A stretch of 64,000 nucleotides of DNA from Podarcis melisellensis. Its lineage: Eukaryota. The DNA is taken from NCBI GenBank assembly GCA_964234715.1, contig OZ174280.1; one strand, given 5' to 3'. The translations under genes and the position numbers were made by a program. The notes beneath the pieces were generated by a model, which saw only the letters and a list, made by a program, of their open reading frames with translations, was not told where the DNA came from and searched no databases. Shown here piece after piece: positions 25,501 to 38,881 of the stretch (its first letter is position 1; the number at the start of each line of letters is the position of its first letter).

Positions 25501-26647
25501 TTTCAGAGTTGCACTACAAAATATATCCACACTTGGGACCACACAGGGTTTTAAAACCTGCTTTATATCCAGGTTTGTAGTTATACTAGTGTTGTGTTGT
25601 GAGTTCTACAGGTCAAGACTATAAGGTTGCATTCAGTGTAGTGTTAAGGTGAATGTTCTGTCAGTGTAAGGGTTTCCTTTGCTCAACTGAATGTTCTTTT
25701 CTCTCCTGATGCATCCCCAAATCTGTTCTAGGGGTTCCCCCAACCCTCTGGATCAGATTTGGATCACAGGGAGGAGGGAGAGAGAAATCCCATTGTTCTG
25801 GAGCTAATCCTTGTGCTTCTGCAAGAATTTAATTGACTATTGCTATAATGCTCTAGGGCTGGGGGCCAGAAGACATACCCTCCAATATTCCTCATGAAAA
25901 TAGGGACATTTCTGAAGCATAGAATGTCCCTATCTTCAGACTGTTCAGGTAGCAATGGGCATTCTACTGTATGCAGCATAGTAAAAAGATTGAGGCTAAA
26001 AAAATCCAGAATGGATCAAAGCAAACAGATTTTAAACCAGTGAGCAAATCAGTGTGGTGGTTGACTAACTTTGTGTAAAATGATTCATAAAAGTAATTTT
26101 ATCTATTGGAGTCTGTTTTCAGGAATTAGGCAAAACAAAGATGTAGAAGTTAAGTGAGGTTTTGGAGACCTGGGAGACCTGAATAGCATTCCTACAGTCC
26201 TAGCTAGTGTGAGGCCCTGAAGATTTTAGCCTAGTAGAATCTTTGTGGTTCATCCAGAAGAGACTGCTGTTAGGGAAGTGCTGCTTTTAAGGACAGTGTC
26301 ACATGTTATGTCAGTATAGTTTGGGCTATTTTGTTTCGCCTAGCGCTATGAAACCCACTGGTTGTTTTAGATGCAATTTTCCTCCATAATTTTTAGTACG
26401 TTCCTAGTATGGCTAGATTTGTACCAGCAGAAATTGTTGATATCTTAACATATCAAAGCCACCTTTGGCAATTTAAAAGGCATTAAAATTAATGGGTGCA
26501 GATCTCAAAATCCAAAGTTCCCCCCAGTCTTGCTTAGCAGGGCCTTTTTAGTGCAGACATTGACAGCTGGCTCTCTGTCAGAGAATGGTCTTTGTACATC
26601 CTTTTGCATTTCCTTTTCTCAACATATGCTGTCTCTTTCTCTTTTAG

Positions 26648-26719
26648 GCTGTTCCAGAGACTGCTGGCATCAAGTTTCCGGACTTCAAGTCTGCAGGTGT
26701 CACACTGCGGAGTCAGAGG
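26648..26719 (+). CDS. DMAP1: DMAP1 exon 8, AVPETAGIKFPDFKSAGVTLRSQR
   Basis: ttttag acceptor, AGG|GTAGGC donor, 72 nt. Confidence 0.96.
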
Positions 26720-27369
26720 GTAGGCTACTATGTTGGTCGTTGGAGCCCTGTGCGGATGCTTGATTGCCTTCATTTCCTATTTATTCTCCTTTTAAAGCTG
26801 TTAAAGGTCCATTGGAGTCTGGGCTGTAATATCAATGTGGGTTCTGGCTGGTCTCAGAAATAATAGCTGTGTGTTTGCACTAGAGGCCCACTAGAGGTGC
26901 CAGTTGTGCATGGCTGAACTTGTTTCTTTGCTCCTTAAGCCTCAACTGTTCTGACTATGTCTCTGCACTCTTATGCTTCCATCTGAGGTCAGGTTATCAT
27001 GCCTGATAATGGGACCCCAGCAGAATATGTAGCCAGGAGAAGAGTCTTGGGAAAATCATTGGGAAATAGATCACAAGCTAGCTCTGTCTTCTGCAAACTG
27101 CAATGTTCCCACGAGTAGTTTTAAAACAAAAATTAGACATCTGGATTTTGCAGCATTCTTCATGAGAAGAAGCAGTTGGGACATGGAACTAACTTTCTGC
27201 CTCTTTTGAAGTTAATCAGAGGGCATTTTTAATATTACAATGTTAACTTGGCAAATAACTTTCTGTTTCCCCATTCTGTTGCTTCATTCTCTCCCCCCCC
27301 CCCCCATTTACATAATGGTTCTTTTTCATAAATGATAAACGAGGCAAAGGTGTTAGGTGCAGCTTAGGC

Positions 27370-28200
27370 CCACTCACTGCCCATCAGTCTCCCTGCCTGA
27401 GCTGACAGAGCTGGTCTCAGAGCCTGTGTTGAGGACTCCCAGACTGTTGGTTCTGGGGGACTTCAACATCCATGCTGAAGTAACTGGCTCTGGGGTGGCT
27501 CAGGGCTTCATGGCCACCATGACAGCCCTGGGGCTGTCCCAACATGTCATTGGCCCAATGCATGGAAGTGGGGGATATTGACGCAAGTCCCTTGTCGTGG
27601 TCAGATCCCTGTTAAGATTTAGACTTTCAGCACCGTTTCCCCTCTGCAGAGGCAGGGGATCTATTAGGATGGTCCACCCTCAGAGGCTGATGGATCCAAT
27701 GGGTTTCCAGTCAGCGCTGGGGTATTTTCCAGCTGATATGACTGCTGCTCTTGTCAAAGCCTTGGCCGACCTGGAATATCTGAATGGCAAAATCACCTGC
27801 ATCCGCTGGTGGGATCTTGAGTTCACGAGTACAACATATGAATTTCAAAGGGTATCCTGAGCACTGTCTAGACCTGTTGTGTTGGATGAGTTTTAGTTTG
27901 GAAGGCTTGATGTGGACAAGGTGCTTGGATTGATCAGGGTGACCATTTGCGCTCTGGACTCTTGCTCCCATTGGCTGATAAAAACTAACAGGGAGGGGAC
28001 AGTTGGCTGGGCCAGGCAGGTGATTACTGCCTCCTTGCAAGATGAGGTGGTCCCTGCCTGCTTGAAGGAGGCAATGGTGAAATCATTCCTCAAGAAACCC
28101 TCCCTGGATTTGGAAAATCTAAGTAACTATCAGCCAGTTGTCAAGCTCCCCTCCTTGGACAAGGTTCTTGAGCAAGTGGTTGCAGATCAGATCCCTTCCT
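27370..28200 (+). mobile_element. Degenerate L2-clade LINE ORF2 fragments (endonuclease and pre-RT region)
   Basis: LLVLGDFNIHAE endonuclease motif; ASLQDEVVPACLKEAMVKSFLKKPSLDLENLSNYQPVVKLPSLDKVLEQVV matches the conserved L2/CR1 pre-RT block; frameshifted. Confidence 0.85.
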
Positions 28201-31200
28201 TGTTACTGAGCAAGCTAATCACTGATGGCGTTGTCAGGGTTGTGGCTTTGCTGTATGACATGTCTCAGAACTCCTTATACAGTAGGAAGAGTGAATTGGC
28301 TACAGTGCATTTATGAGAAATCTGTTGCTGACAGTAGGTTAATTGGTGTAACTTTGGGATATGCCTTGGAAGGCTACTTGGAGCAGCAGCAGGGAGGTGA
28401 GTAGCTATCGCTTGGTTCAGCCTTAATAACAAACCATGGTTTGTTTGCTTTGAGCATGAGCCTTGGGTTTACATGGTCTTCCTACCTCTTTGCGAGTGAG
28501 GAGAGGAGAGGAGATTGTTTTGTCCAAACCTGAGGAGACTGTAGTTTCTCCACTTTCCAAAAGAAAAAAAAGGAAAGATGGGAGAGTGCATGAGACTTTC
28601 ATTTGAAACAACTGTCTGAATCAGGCCAAAGCATTGAAGTGAAATGTTCTGGCAAGGTCACCAGGTTTTCCACAGTCTTCATCGTACTCTAGCATGGACG
28701 GGGACTTTGGTTTATTAGGCAGGCCTGGGTTTAGTTTTGCAGAGATCCTAGATTATTAATTATTTGAGTCCCTCCTTCTGAACTCAAACCTGTACCATCT
28801 TTATCAGCTTCATTTTATGCTCAACATAGTAAGCAAGATTTTATATTTTTGGTTATTTTCATGCAACTATAAAATTAAAGATTAAAAAACCCATCCACCA
28901 GCAAGGGTTTCTCATATTCTATATTATTAGAAGTACTTCATTAACAGAGTTTGTCTTTTGCCCAGCACCATTTCCCCCCTTCAAAGATCTTGAGATGCCT
29001 AAATTTAAGACAATAGTCATATGCCAAGACTGGTCATTGGTAAATCTAGTTCCATTACTGGGATATGTTGGCATTAAATATCAGCATTGTTTTGGCTAGG
29101 GAATCACTGGGTGAAAAGGTATTGGGTGATGAAAATTGACCTTTGACCACTCATTTAACCTTGTCTGAGGTCCCAGTTCATGCATTAGGAGTGTAGCACG
29201 GCTGCCATTGCTTTGTAATTGGATCCTTTGCTTCACTGGCAAGATTCACAGGGCAGAACTGCATAGAATGGGGGGATAAAATGCTAAGTTAACATCAGTG
29301 CACTAGTGCCCAGGCGTTCCTGCAGCCATGCTATATCCATAATCTCTTAATTGGGCCTCTGTCTTCAAGGGTTAATAGTTTTCTCTATGCTGCTGGCACT
29401 CATGGAGTCTGGAGGCTTTACCAATATTTGTGTGGCATTTCCAAAGCTTCTGCAAGTGATTGTGATTCTAAGTGTTGGCCTGGATTGGAAAAAGCTGGCT
29501 TTATTGGGCTGTTATTTCTGCCAGTATGTGCTTTGGTGCCAGCACTCCCACCTCTGTTTTTGATTGACAAGGTTTGGAGATGGTGTGCAGTGTGACATAC
29601 GCAAAGGTGAGCAGACATGGAAGCCCTGGGGAGCAATCGGGAGAGGATTTGTTAACTGCCTGGATTAAGTCCTCTTTCTAAACAGCTTGTTCAGATTTTC
29701 TTCTGCAGTTTGTTGCAATGGAGAAGCAAGGGGCAGTTTTGTATCTAAGATCAACGTGATGTTTTCTGCCTAATAGTAAGGGAAACGATTTGCTTGAATA
29801 TAATAAAAAAACCAGTTCTCCTCCAGTTCTGGCTTAATGAAGATCTTACAAATTAACAGATTTGTTTGGAAGTGCCCTGATAATGTCCTGTATTCTTTAC
29901 TATTCCTGATAATTTCCTTAATTTGATAATAGTCTTTTAAAGCTTGCAGAGTAACCAAGTGCTGGCAATCAGGAGTTTAGAGAAATTTGAAGGGGGGAAA
30001 GCAGTTATCACTACAAGTTCTATACAGATCTTTTGCTTCTACAATTAATTATCTGAAATTAACAGCTGAATTTGGTTTTCAAAAGACCAAACCTGATCAT
30101 TGTAGTCCTTAAAGAATTGAACAAAAGCAATCTTCCCTTCCTCAATCTAGACCTCTTGGGAAGAGTGGGGTGTAGTAGTCACTTTGAAAAAGGGGCAGTT
30201 TTGTATGATTCAAATATATTGTGTGCCAGTGAATTTGAAATGTGTGCACAAATTTCATATCTCCCCTCACTTTTTTTGGACAAATTAATTTATTCCTGTA
30301 GACTTTCATGCTGCCAGCTTAGAATAGAATGAAGGCTTTAAATTTGTGTTTTCTCTGAATGTGGGCTTCTTTTATATTTAACCTTAATATTCCCTCTGTG
30401 TTAATATACATTTTGTCAGGCAATTTTGGTGATACATTTTCTTGCTACCCTATCCCTCTCGCTAAAGAGAACATTGGCAAAGAATAGGTGTGTGTTTGGG
30501 TTCTGCTTTGGGGCTCTTGCCCTGAGTCTATGGGATGAGGCAAGAGGTCTGGACTCTAGACTGCTAAGTCTTTGATAATGAGGCAAAAACAGTAGGATAA
30601 AAGAAAGTTCTTAGCAGCCTCAGAGCCAGGGAGCGCACTGGGAGATGCTGTGGCGCAATTGTTTAGTTCACAGCTGGACACCTTCCACCAAGAAAGGCTT
30701 CCAGCCGGCAGTTTTACTTGTTACCTGCTAACTAGGATCTTGTAGACAAATTGGTGGTCAGACCAATTAAAAAGAAATAGGGGGAGAGGGAGCTTTCATT
30801 CCCATTGATTCACACATCCACCCTCACTGGCTTTTAAATATTTACTAGCCAACTGAGCACTTTTTTAGCACTGATTAATGAGGTACAATCTACTGTGGTG
30901 CTTGCTTTCTCGGAGCACGGGGCTGGGGTGGGGGCTAGGATTGTACTACGCATTCAAGATAAACGAGTATTTTGGTCAAAGCTTGGCACGAGGGAGGGGG
31001 GTGGCTTAGGTATGTGTATATATTAAATGCATGTTCTCAATATTTGATTTGTTTCGCTGTGAAGCGGTTGTGTGCGCTGCCTGTTTACTCTTCACCAGAG
31101 GCCCTTGGCCATGCGCCTTCTCTCTGACATTAATGCAGAGCCAGACCTCATCAGCTGCTAACGGGGGAAACATCTGTCTTTCTTCGCTTGATCAATACTG

Positions 31201-32029
31201 TCCCTTCAGAGGCCGAGCCTTGAAAGCAGTTACATAAAATACCAGTAATATTTATTTGGATTTGATAAATTTAATTACTTGGAACAATTAATAATTTATC
31301 TCTTTAGTATTGACTGTGCTGCAAGGCATTTTGGTGAGATAAGCTGATGGTAATCAGCACCTTCTTATTAGCCGGAAATTGTATGTTGCCACGATGGGAA
31401 AAGACTTCCAATGGTTAGAAAGATGAAGTGTTCTTGTTGCTTTTACTGACACATTCATGTAGTAACAGCGTGCAGAGCTAGACTCCACTACACAAATGTG
31501 TGAGATAATAGCTTGGGACATGGAGCACGTGGCAAGATGGGCGGAAAGTGTGATTTGAATGTCATCTCTGTTTTACTAACAGATATTGAGCGCTGAAGCA
31601 ATACAACTCAGAAGTATTCTTCTAACCCTTCATCAGTATGTCCAGTACTGCGGTGGTTCTCAGATCTTTTACTTATGGGAGACTGGTTGTAAAAAATGTG
31701 GGGCTTGTGTAATACTGTCATGCCAGTGGATAGGATTTCCTCTCCTCCCCATCTGCTTTAAAGGGTCTCCCAGCTCTCTGGAGGGAATTTGGGGAGATTG
31801 CGGAAGGAGGAAAGGAAGGGTAAGCAGAGGTTTTTGTCGTGCCAGTGTGATGCCACAAATGGCTGTCACCCTTGATTAATTGAAAGATGAGATTTCATAA
31901 GCTAAAGCGCCTGATCACAAATGCACCAAATGGGCAATGAAGGTTTCGTATGAATGTGCAAGTGTGTGTGCACCCGCTTACCCCCTGCACTTGGGGCCAA
32001 ATTTAAAGTGTTGGCTTTAGCGATTGAAG

Positions 32030-32420
32030 TCTTAAGTCCAGGTTATGTGAAAGACTGCCTGTACCTGCATCAGGCTGCCTGAGCTTTATGATAAGTTATG
32101 GACACTATATTTTCTGAACTGTAGATTAGAGGCTAATAGGTATCAAGAAAAGGGCCTTTTCAGTGGTGATCCCACAGTTACAGAATATGACCCCCACCCC
32201 CTGCCCATGAAGTGACTTTTACTTGCTTTCAGAAAAGAATCCTTAAGATGTTCTTATTTTAATCATCTTTTTAAATTCTTTTAAAAAAAATAGTTGTCTT
32301 TTACTGCTAACTTTAAATGAATTACTTATATGATTGAATGCATATGTTCTATTACTGCTTTTATATGCTGCCTTGGGAGGACAATTGTCCTGCCAAGTGG
32401 AATGTAAATCTTTAAATAAA
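32030..32420 (+). mobile_element. L2 LINE 3' end remnant
   Basis: Degenerate PGY.KDCL and RAFSVV.P motifs, then an AT-rich UTR and aaataaa tail. Confidence 0.6.
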
Positions 32421-33067
32421 CAAATACCTGATACCTGAATTACTAGTTTTGCTAATAATATTTGCATATATTGGTTTATTAATTCTGCCTATAGTGCACT
32501 TCTGAGATTTAGCTCTAGGCAGAAGGTTGGACATTGAAAGGCTTCTGGTCCTTTCAGAATATTGGGTTTGGGGCATGTACCCATGTAGTAAGGTGTTAAG
32601 TTTTGTTAGAGCCCATTATTTGCCAGAACTACTTCTAGGCATGTGCCAGATTGCTTAACATGGCCTGGAAGTAATTTTTGCAGCGTAATCTTGGAAGAAT
32701 TTGGTCCCCAATCAGAGTCAACCTTCCTGTGATTTGCGTATAGTAAAATGCAGCTGTGAGTGAAAGAATTTCCTTAAAAGTGAGCTGTCATTACAAAAAT
32801 AACCTAGAATCCACATAAAGGAAAGAACAGCTGAAAAGCGTAAATACTTTGCATAGCTGTGAACAATCAAATACTAAAGGAAGAACTCTACTCAACCTGC
32901 AGCTGTGACTGAAAAATGCCAAGAGGATGTTGGGTCACATAAAGGAAGGGAAACCCATATGGAAAATATCCTAATGCTCCTGGACAATTTGATGGTTCCC
33001 TCTTATCTGGGTAATGTCTGCATCGCTGCTCACTTTATCCTTCAAAGGAAATTACTCAGTCGGAGCT

Positions 33068-33240
33068 TGAGAAGGTGATTTCACAACCTCCTTGGGCAGC
33101 CTGTTCCATCGCTGTAGTGATCTGACAGTTAGGAAAACCTTTCCTAATGGATGACTTAAATCTAAATGCTTTTAATTGAAATCCTTTGGTCTGTGTCTTA
33201 TTCCTAAAAGACATGGTGAAGAAAAGTTCTCTCCATCTTG
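33068..33240 (-). mobile_element. Older CR1 3' fragment
   Basis: cacaacctccttgggcagcctgttccat...acagttaggaaacctttcctaat. Confidence 0.7.
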
Positions 33241-34080
33241 GGAGTTGAGGATGGAGGTGGAAACCCACCAGGAATGCCTTTCTGTGCAACCCTCACTGAA
33301 ATGAGTTGAAGTTGCACAGCAGTACAGTATTTGTGTGTAATGCCCATTGATTCCAGAGCCGCTGGCTCAGAACCCAAAGTGGATCATGCTCTGCATGTGA
33401 ATCTTTAGATTTGGTTACAGGAAATCTAGGCTGATGGTATGCATTTAGTAGATTATTGTTTTACAATAAACCTTGAAGAGTGGCAGACAAAAATCTGCCC
33501 TTTGATCAGATTTAAATACAACAGAGGATGAGCTCACTTCTCTAGGGTGACCATAGCGTGGAATTTAAAGCCAGTTTGGACATTTCTGTGAGTGAAAAAG
33601 AAAGCAATTCAGGGCTTGAGCAATTAACAGGAAATAAAAAAACTCTAGTTCCAGGGATGTTTCTAGTGCCTGATTGGAAGTTGTAGAAAAAAGAAGACAG
33701 ATTTTTCTGATACTTGTTGCTGCAAGAGTCTGGCACTTTTGTTTGAATGCTTTGCAATTGGACCATGGTCTTCAGTTGAGCCCAGATGTGGTGGCACTCT
33801 CCTTGCAGAATTTTATGAGACCTAAATGTATCTCAATCAGTGTTCTGAGCAGGCTTAAGGAAAATGGTAATGGTTTAAATAATACGCTCATAATAGCCCT
33901 TACACACATGCTTACACATATTCTTACAGTGTCTGGTAGGATCCTTGATCATTGTGGCATAGAATGTAAGCACAAGTTCTTCAGTAGCAAAACCCATGAA
34001 AAAATGTACTAGCTGTGCAGGACAAGTTGGAGCCTTCTTTGTGGTGGCACCTTGTTTGTGGAGTTTTCACTTATTAACAG

Positions 34081-34430
34081 CAGATGTGGCAAACCTTCAT
34101 AAAGACAAAGGGTTGCATTCCCATCTGTGAAAGCTTCTTGAGGGCCACATGCCAGTGGCAAATGAGGCTAGAGGCAAATGTGGGCCAAGCAACAAATGTA
34201 AATGTTGTCTTTATACCATAAACTAGTTTCTACACACACTGACACGCCCACCCTGCTATTCTCTGTCAAGACAAGCAAGAGGCATTCTCAGAGTTCAAGG
34301 ACACATTCCAGCCAGGCAAAGGGTATGAAGCAGGGCCTGTGATGGGTGTTGCCTGGGGAGAGTCCTGAGGTTCAGCCAGAGAAGGCTATAGGGTTTCATC
34401 TGGCCCCAGGCCTGAGGTTCCCCACCCACA
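34081..34430 (+). mobile_element. hAT-like non-autonomous element (family C), inserted in an L2 3' remnant
   Basis: See 11216-11560. Flanks (gccttctttgtggtggcacc at about 34030 and AT-rich tail to about 34600) look like a split L2 3' end. Confidence 0.6.
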
Positions 34431-37178
34431 GCTATGTTAGGCACCTACAGTGTGACCATGTGAACAGCAAGTGAGGTGTACCTGTTTACTCAAACTTTTT
34501 AGGTTTTAAACAACTGACTGATTTAGCTCTCTTCTCCTTTTTAGTTGTCTTTGTTGGTGTAAGAACATAATTTTTGTCTTACTGCTTTTTAAAAATAAAA
34601 GAGGGCTTGGAAGTGTGCCAGGCGTGAATATTCTTGCCTGTATTGGTTCATTGTCTTACTCTGGCAACCAGGAGGTTGTTTACTAGTCTGCTCCCTGCCA
34701 GTCTCATTGGTGGTTCAGGGAGAAAGTCCCACCTACTTGCCCCTCTGCAAACTTTCTCTCTTCTTCCAGTCACGTGGCCTTGATTCATATATTGGTGTGT
34801 TGCCCTTTTATTTATTTTTCTCTTTCTGCACAGTTCATGCATTTACTGGTTGTTTATAGCGAGGACAAAGGCTCAGAGTCCCTAAATCAAAAGTGATGCT
34901 GGCATAATTATAAGCACAAGCTGGCGTTGCAAAGAGGGCTGCAGGGAGAGGTTGTCAGAAGACGGGAGAATCCAAGATATATTAACCTCAAAAATTCCAG
35001 CTAATCACTTCTTCAATGTGAGCAATCCATTTTTTGAGATATGATTATTTGGGGACTTCAGTAATAATAAATAATTCTAATAGATTACAAAGAGGGAGGG
35101 CCTGACACTACATGCTTTTCAAGAATCCTTCCATTGCACTTGCTTAACAACGAACTTTCTCCGGTGTTGCAGTGGGGTGCTAAGGGAAGCACTTTATTGC
35201 CTAGTGGAAAATAGCAGGTTGTGATTGGCCACCTTTAATCTAATGTGGCTCCCGAAGGCTTTCAATCTGCCATAAATCCCAGCATGCAGTGTTGCCATTT
35301 TGAGCTGAGATGGGTTGCAAGATACAGAATGGTCGTTTCAGATATGTAGCCTGCAGATTCCATCTATGGCCACCAGCATTTTTTGGAAGCATCTTTGTCA
35401 AACTGATTCAGCCCTGTGCCTCATCCCAGTGTTTTGTTTCCAGCACTATCCAGTCAAAGAGCAATGCTAAAGAGCTGGATTATTGCATTAATCTGCCCCC
35501 ATTAAAGATCCATGCAAGGCTTGTCTGGGAAGGAAATGGAGAAGTGTGCGTAGGAACAAAACTGCACATGCTGCTAATATCAACTTCATACTCGGTTTTA
35601 CATCAGCCTTCAGTACATGTACCAACATGTGACTATTGACATCCCCAGTTTTGCTCATAAATTGATACAAGCATCCTTTTGAAGCAGAAAGGGTTAATTG
35701 GGAATGAAGCTGTATCTCTTCTTATCCAGTGTAGTGGGATCTCTGCTGAAGGGCTGATGTGGAATGTGGACTCTTAATGCAGGGAAACGTCCTTCCTGCA
35801 CATTATTAGGGCAATAATTTGGGACTACTAGATTAGAGGAACTTTAGTGAGCTCTGTCACAGGTACTGTCGTGTCAGAAAGGCACTTCTATTACAGGCGT
35901 TGGGTTACCCAGATCTCTTTGAGGGCAAATAGTGCTGAATCTCACTTCTGAACCTAGATAGGTCTCTGAAGGAAGCAGAAACGAGCATAGAACATCAACA
36001 GTTTTAGTCACAGGTCCTGCTTGAGGGAAACATGACACATAGCCAGGGGAATAGGTCCTCGTGGTAGCCAAAACCAGCACCATTTATCAGAGTGCTGCAT
36101 TTTGTAGCCTTAGAGTTCTGTCAAACTTGATTGCACAAAAAATCTTGCAAGATTTGAGAATGCCTGCTCTTCTTAGCTGCCTGTGCTTTTGGCTGCCGAG
36201 GTGAGTGGAGCATTGGGCCTTCCTGCTGCCGTTGAGACAGCCAGGCTAACGGAGCCTACCTAACAGATTATCAGCGCCCTGTGAGTAATAGACTCCTCAT
36301 TTAGTTTTAATACATTTTGCATAGAGAGCAATCAACCTTCATCAGTCTTAAAGATGAATTGGCTTAGCCAGCTAAATTTTAAAGATATTAGTTCGACAGC
36401 AGCCGCATAAATCATAACGTTTTCTTAATGACGGTAAAATTAAAATATACTCTTGCTTGAAGAAGCCAATGGAGCTTTCATGTTCACAGGCCAAATCCTC
36501 CCCCAAAATTAAAGGAAAGCTTAATTGATGTTCTCTAAAGCCGAGTAAACTCAAAACAGTCCCGCTTCTCCTGAGTTGGCCTCGTATTTCTTCTGCGGTC
36601 TATTGGTAGATCTAAATCCATCCAGACTGCTTCTGTCCCTTTCTATTCTTGAAGCTGCCAATATATCAGGCCAAAACATAGCAAGGCAATAATCCTGGCT
36701 GTTTAAAGACTCTGGGTCCAGCTGTCAGCCCTTCCTCGCTTGTCATTGATGGAGCTCTGATTGACACATGAAGGAGATCCTCCTTATTTCCTTCTGCTAG
36801 TATATAGAAGACAGCATATCTGGAGCTGCGATTAGCAGGGAGGAGTGAGCTAGAAACCTAACAAAGCTCTTTCAGATAGGAAAGGTGCTTATTCTGAATG
36901 GAAAGCATCAAATGGCTTCCCCCCAGATCTCAGCCATACAAGTGTTGTTCTACTGGCTAGAAAACCTATATAGTGAGGTGGTAGATTTTCTAAGGATACA
37001 TGAAGAGCTTCAAAACAGGATGTGATGAAATAATGTTGCCTTGTGAGGAGATGCTGTTCTCTTAAGCAGGGTACCATGTGTTAAGAATCTAATCTTCCAT
37101 GTTTTATTGTTGACCCTTGTTGGCATCTTCAGAATCCCATTAGACAGCTCATTCTGGCTACTTCCACATACTCTAAGG

Positions 37179-37313
37179 CAGGGTTTCTCAAACTTGGGTT
37201 TCCAGCTGTTGTTGGACTACAACGCCCATCATCCCTAGCTAGCAGGACCAGTGGTCAGGGGTGATGGGAATTGTAGTCCAAAAGCAGCTTGAGGCCCAAG
37301 CTTAGGAAACCCT
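37179..37313. mobile_element. Palindromic hAT MITE (family D)
   Basis: Long arms ttggactacaac.cccatcatccct / ggggtgatgggaattgtagtccaa; close to 39585-39715. Confidence 0.8.
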
Positions 37314-38881
37314 AAGGGAACCTCTGCCTGCCCTTTGCGGATTTGGGAATTCTTCACAATCACCATTTCTGGCCTGAAGTTCTGAGAACCTACTGCAAAG
37401 GGATGGGCACTATGGGGGGTAGTAATGACTAAGAGAAGGCAAAAATTATTGTTGCCTCATGAGAATTCTGATAGTGCCTACTTGAAACCAGGCCTCTGAT
37501 TGGCTTACCTTGGCAGCCAGTAGAAATCTGTTTCCCTCTCACCACTGCAGTTGATCCCTTCACTTGTAGGTGAGGCTGATTTATGTGAGTATCTGTGCTG
37601 CGTCTTTCCTGATTTTAGGCTGATTGTTTTTTACAAGATGGTTGTAACCATGCTGTGATTGTCCATGAGGTTGGCAGCCTTGGTGGTGTGTTCCAGCAGT
37701 ATTTGTCAATGCAGAGAGACGCTTTACATGATATAATCCTCCTGCGAGTTGGTAATGCAAATCTGCTCTAAATTATTTAACTGGTCAGAGGCTGGAAGCA
37801 ACTGGGAAGTTTTTCCAGTTTCCTGCTCCCAGTATCTTCATGACTTGGAAGTGGCCCTTTGAGAGAGGCTAATATCTATATTTCCTATTGAAAAATCAAG
37901 GAGCACTGACCTGATACTGGAAACTGAGCAATGGTGCAGGGATCAACTTTCTGCTTGTGTAAGAAAAGGGCAAAAGGCAGAAATGGAAAGAGGCAGGTAT
38001 CCAAACTCGATGCCCTTCCAGGTAGTCCTTGTTATACTTGGGTTTTTGGAAGCCCAAAGGTGTGTTTGAAGGCCATTAGCTTGGCTAGTTTTCCCTGCAT
38101 GCTCAAGTCCCCTTTTCCCACTTGAAATTGTGCTTGAGTTCTTTGTACTTTTCCTTAGCTGCTTGTTCTGAGTTGCTCCTGCCTGTAGGGTTGTAGTGAG
38201 GGTGGTTTGGGGTTTTTTTTTTAGCTAAGCGTGATCTCATGCCCAGCTTGGGTTCCCTGCCCCTGCCTAATACTTCCCTGCTCCCCATACCCCCCTCAGC
38301 TCCACTGTGAATGTGTGTTCACACTTCTGCCAATTGAGTTAGTGTGTGTGCTCTTTGTGCCTCTTTGCGTCTTTTGTTAGAAAACTGGCTCTGTAAATGA
38401 ATCCCACGGCTCTGGGCTCGGCAGGTAAAGGGAGAAGGAAGTCTGTTAGTGCACGAGTCTAATCAGGCTGGCAAGAGCAAGTAAAGTAGGGCAGCATCGC
38501 ACATTAGCTGCTGTGTAATTGAGCTCTTTGATGGGCAGGGCACTGCGGGAGAGGGTTCGAAGCGGAGCAGAACTTTTGTTGTTAATTCAGTTGCACATGG
38601 AAGCTGTAAAGCTGTGCATCTCCGCATCTTGGCACCGGGAGGAACTGAAAAGCCCTTGTGACCAGGCTTTTCAGTCCCTGCCCTTGGCCCTCGTCTGCAA
38701 ACTTTCAGGCCTTCTTTCTGCCTCCCTCTCCCAGCACTTGATTTCCCTTTTCTCTCTTTCTTTCTTTGGCTCGCTTTTTTCCCCGTGCACTATAAAAAGC
38801 AAAGCTCCCTTGCCGTTTGAACTAGGCGGCTGTGAGTGAGGGCTAGCTCAGAGCTGTGTGGCTGTTACCTTTGTATTCCAG

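Noticed and set aside
26887-26901. CTCF-like CCACTAGAGGTGCCA
   Set aside because: Mismatches in the GGC core; cannot be supported without ChIP data.
29127-29168. Box C (GTGATGA) and box D (CTGA) pair suggesting a snoRNA
   Set aside because: Only about 42 nt in total, with no terminal stem.
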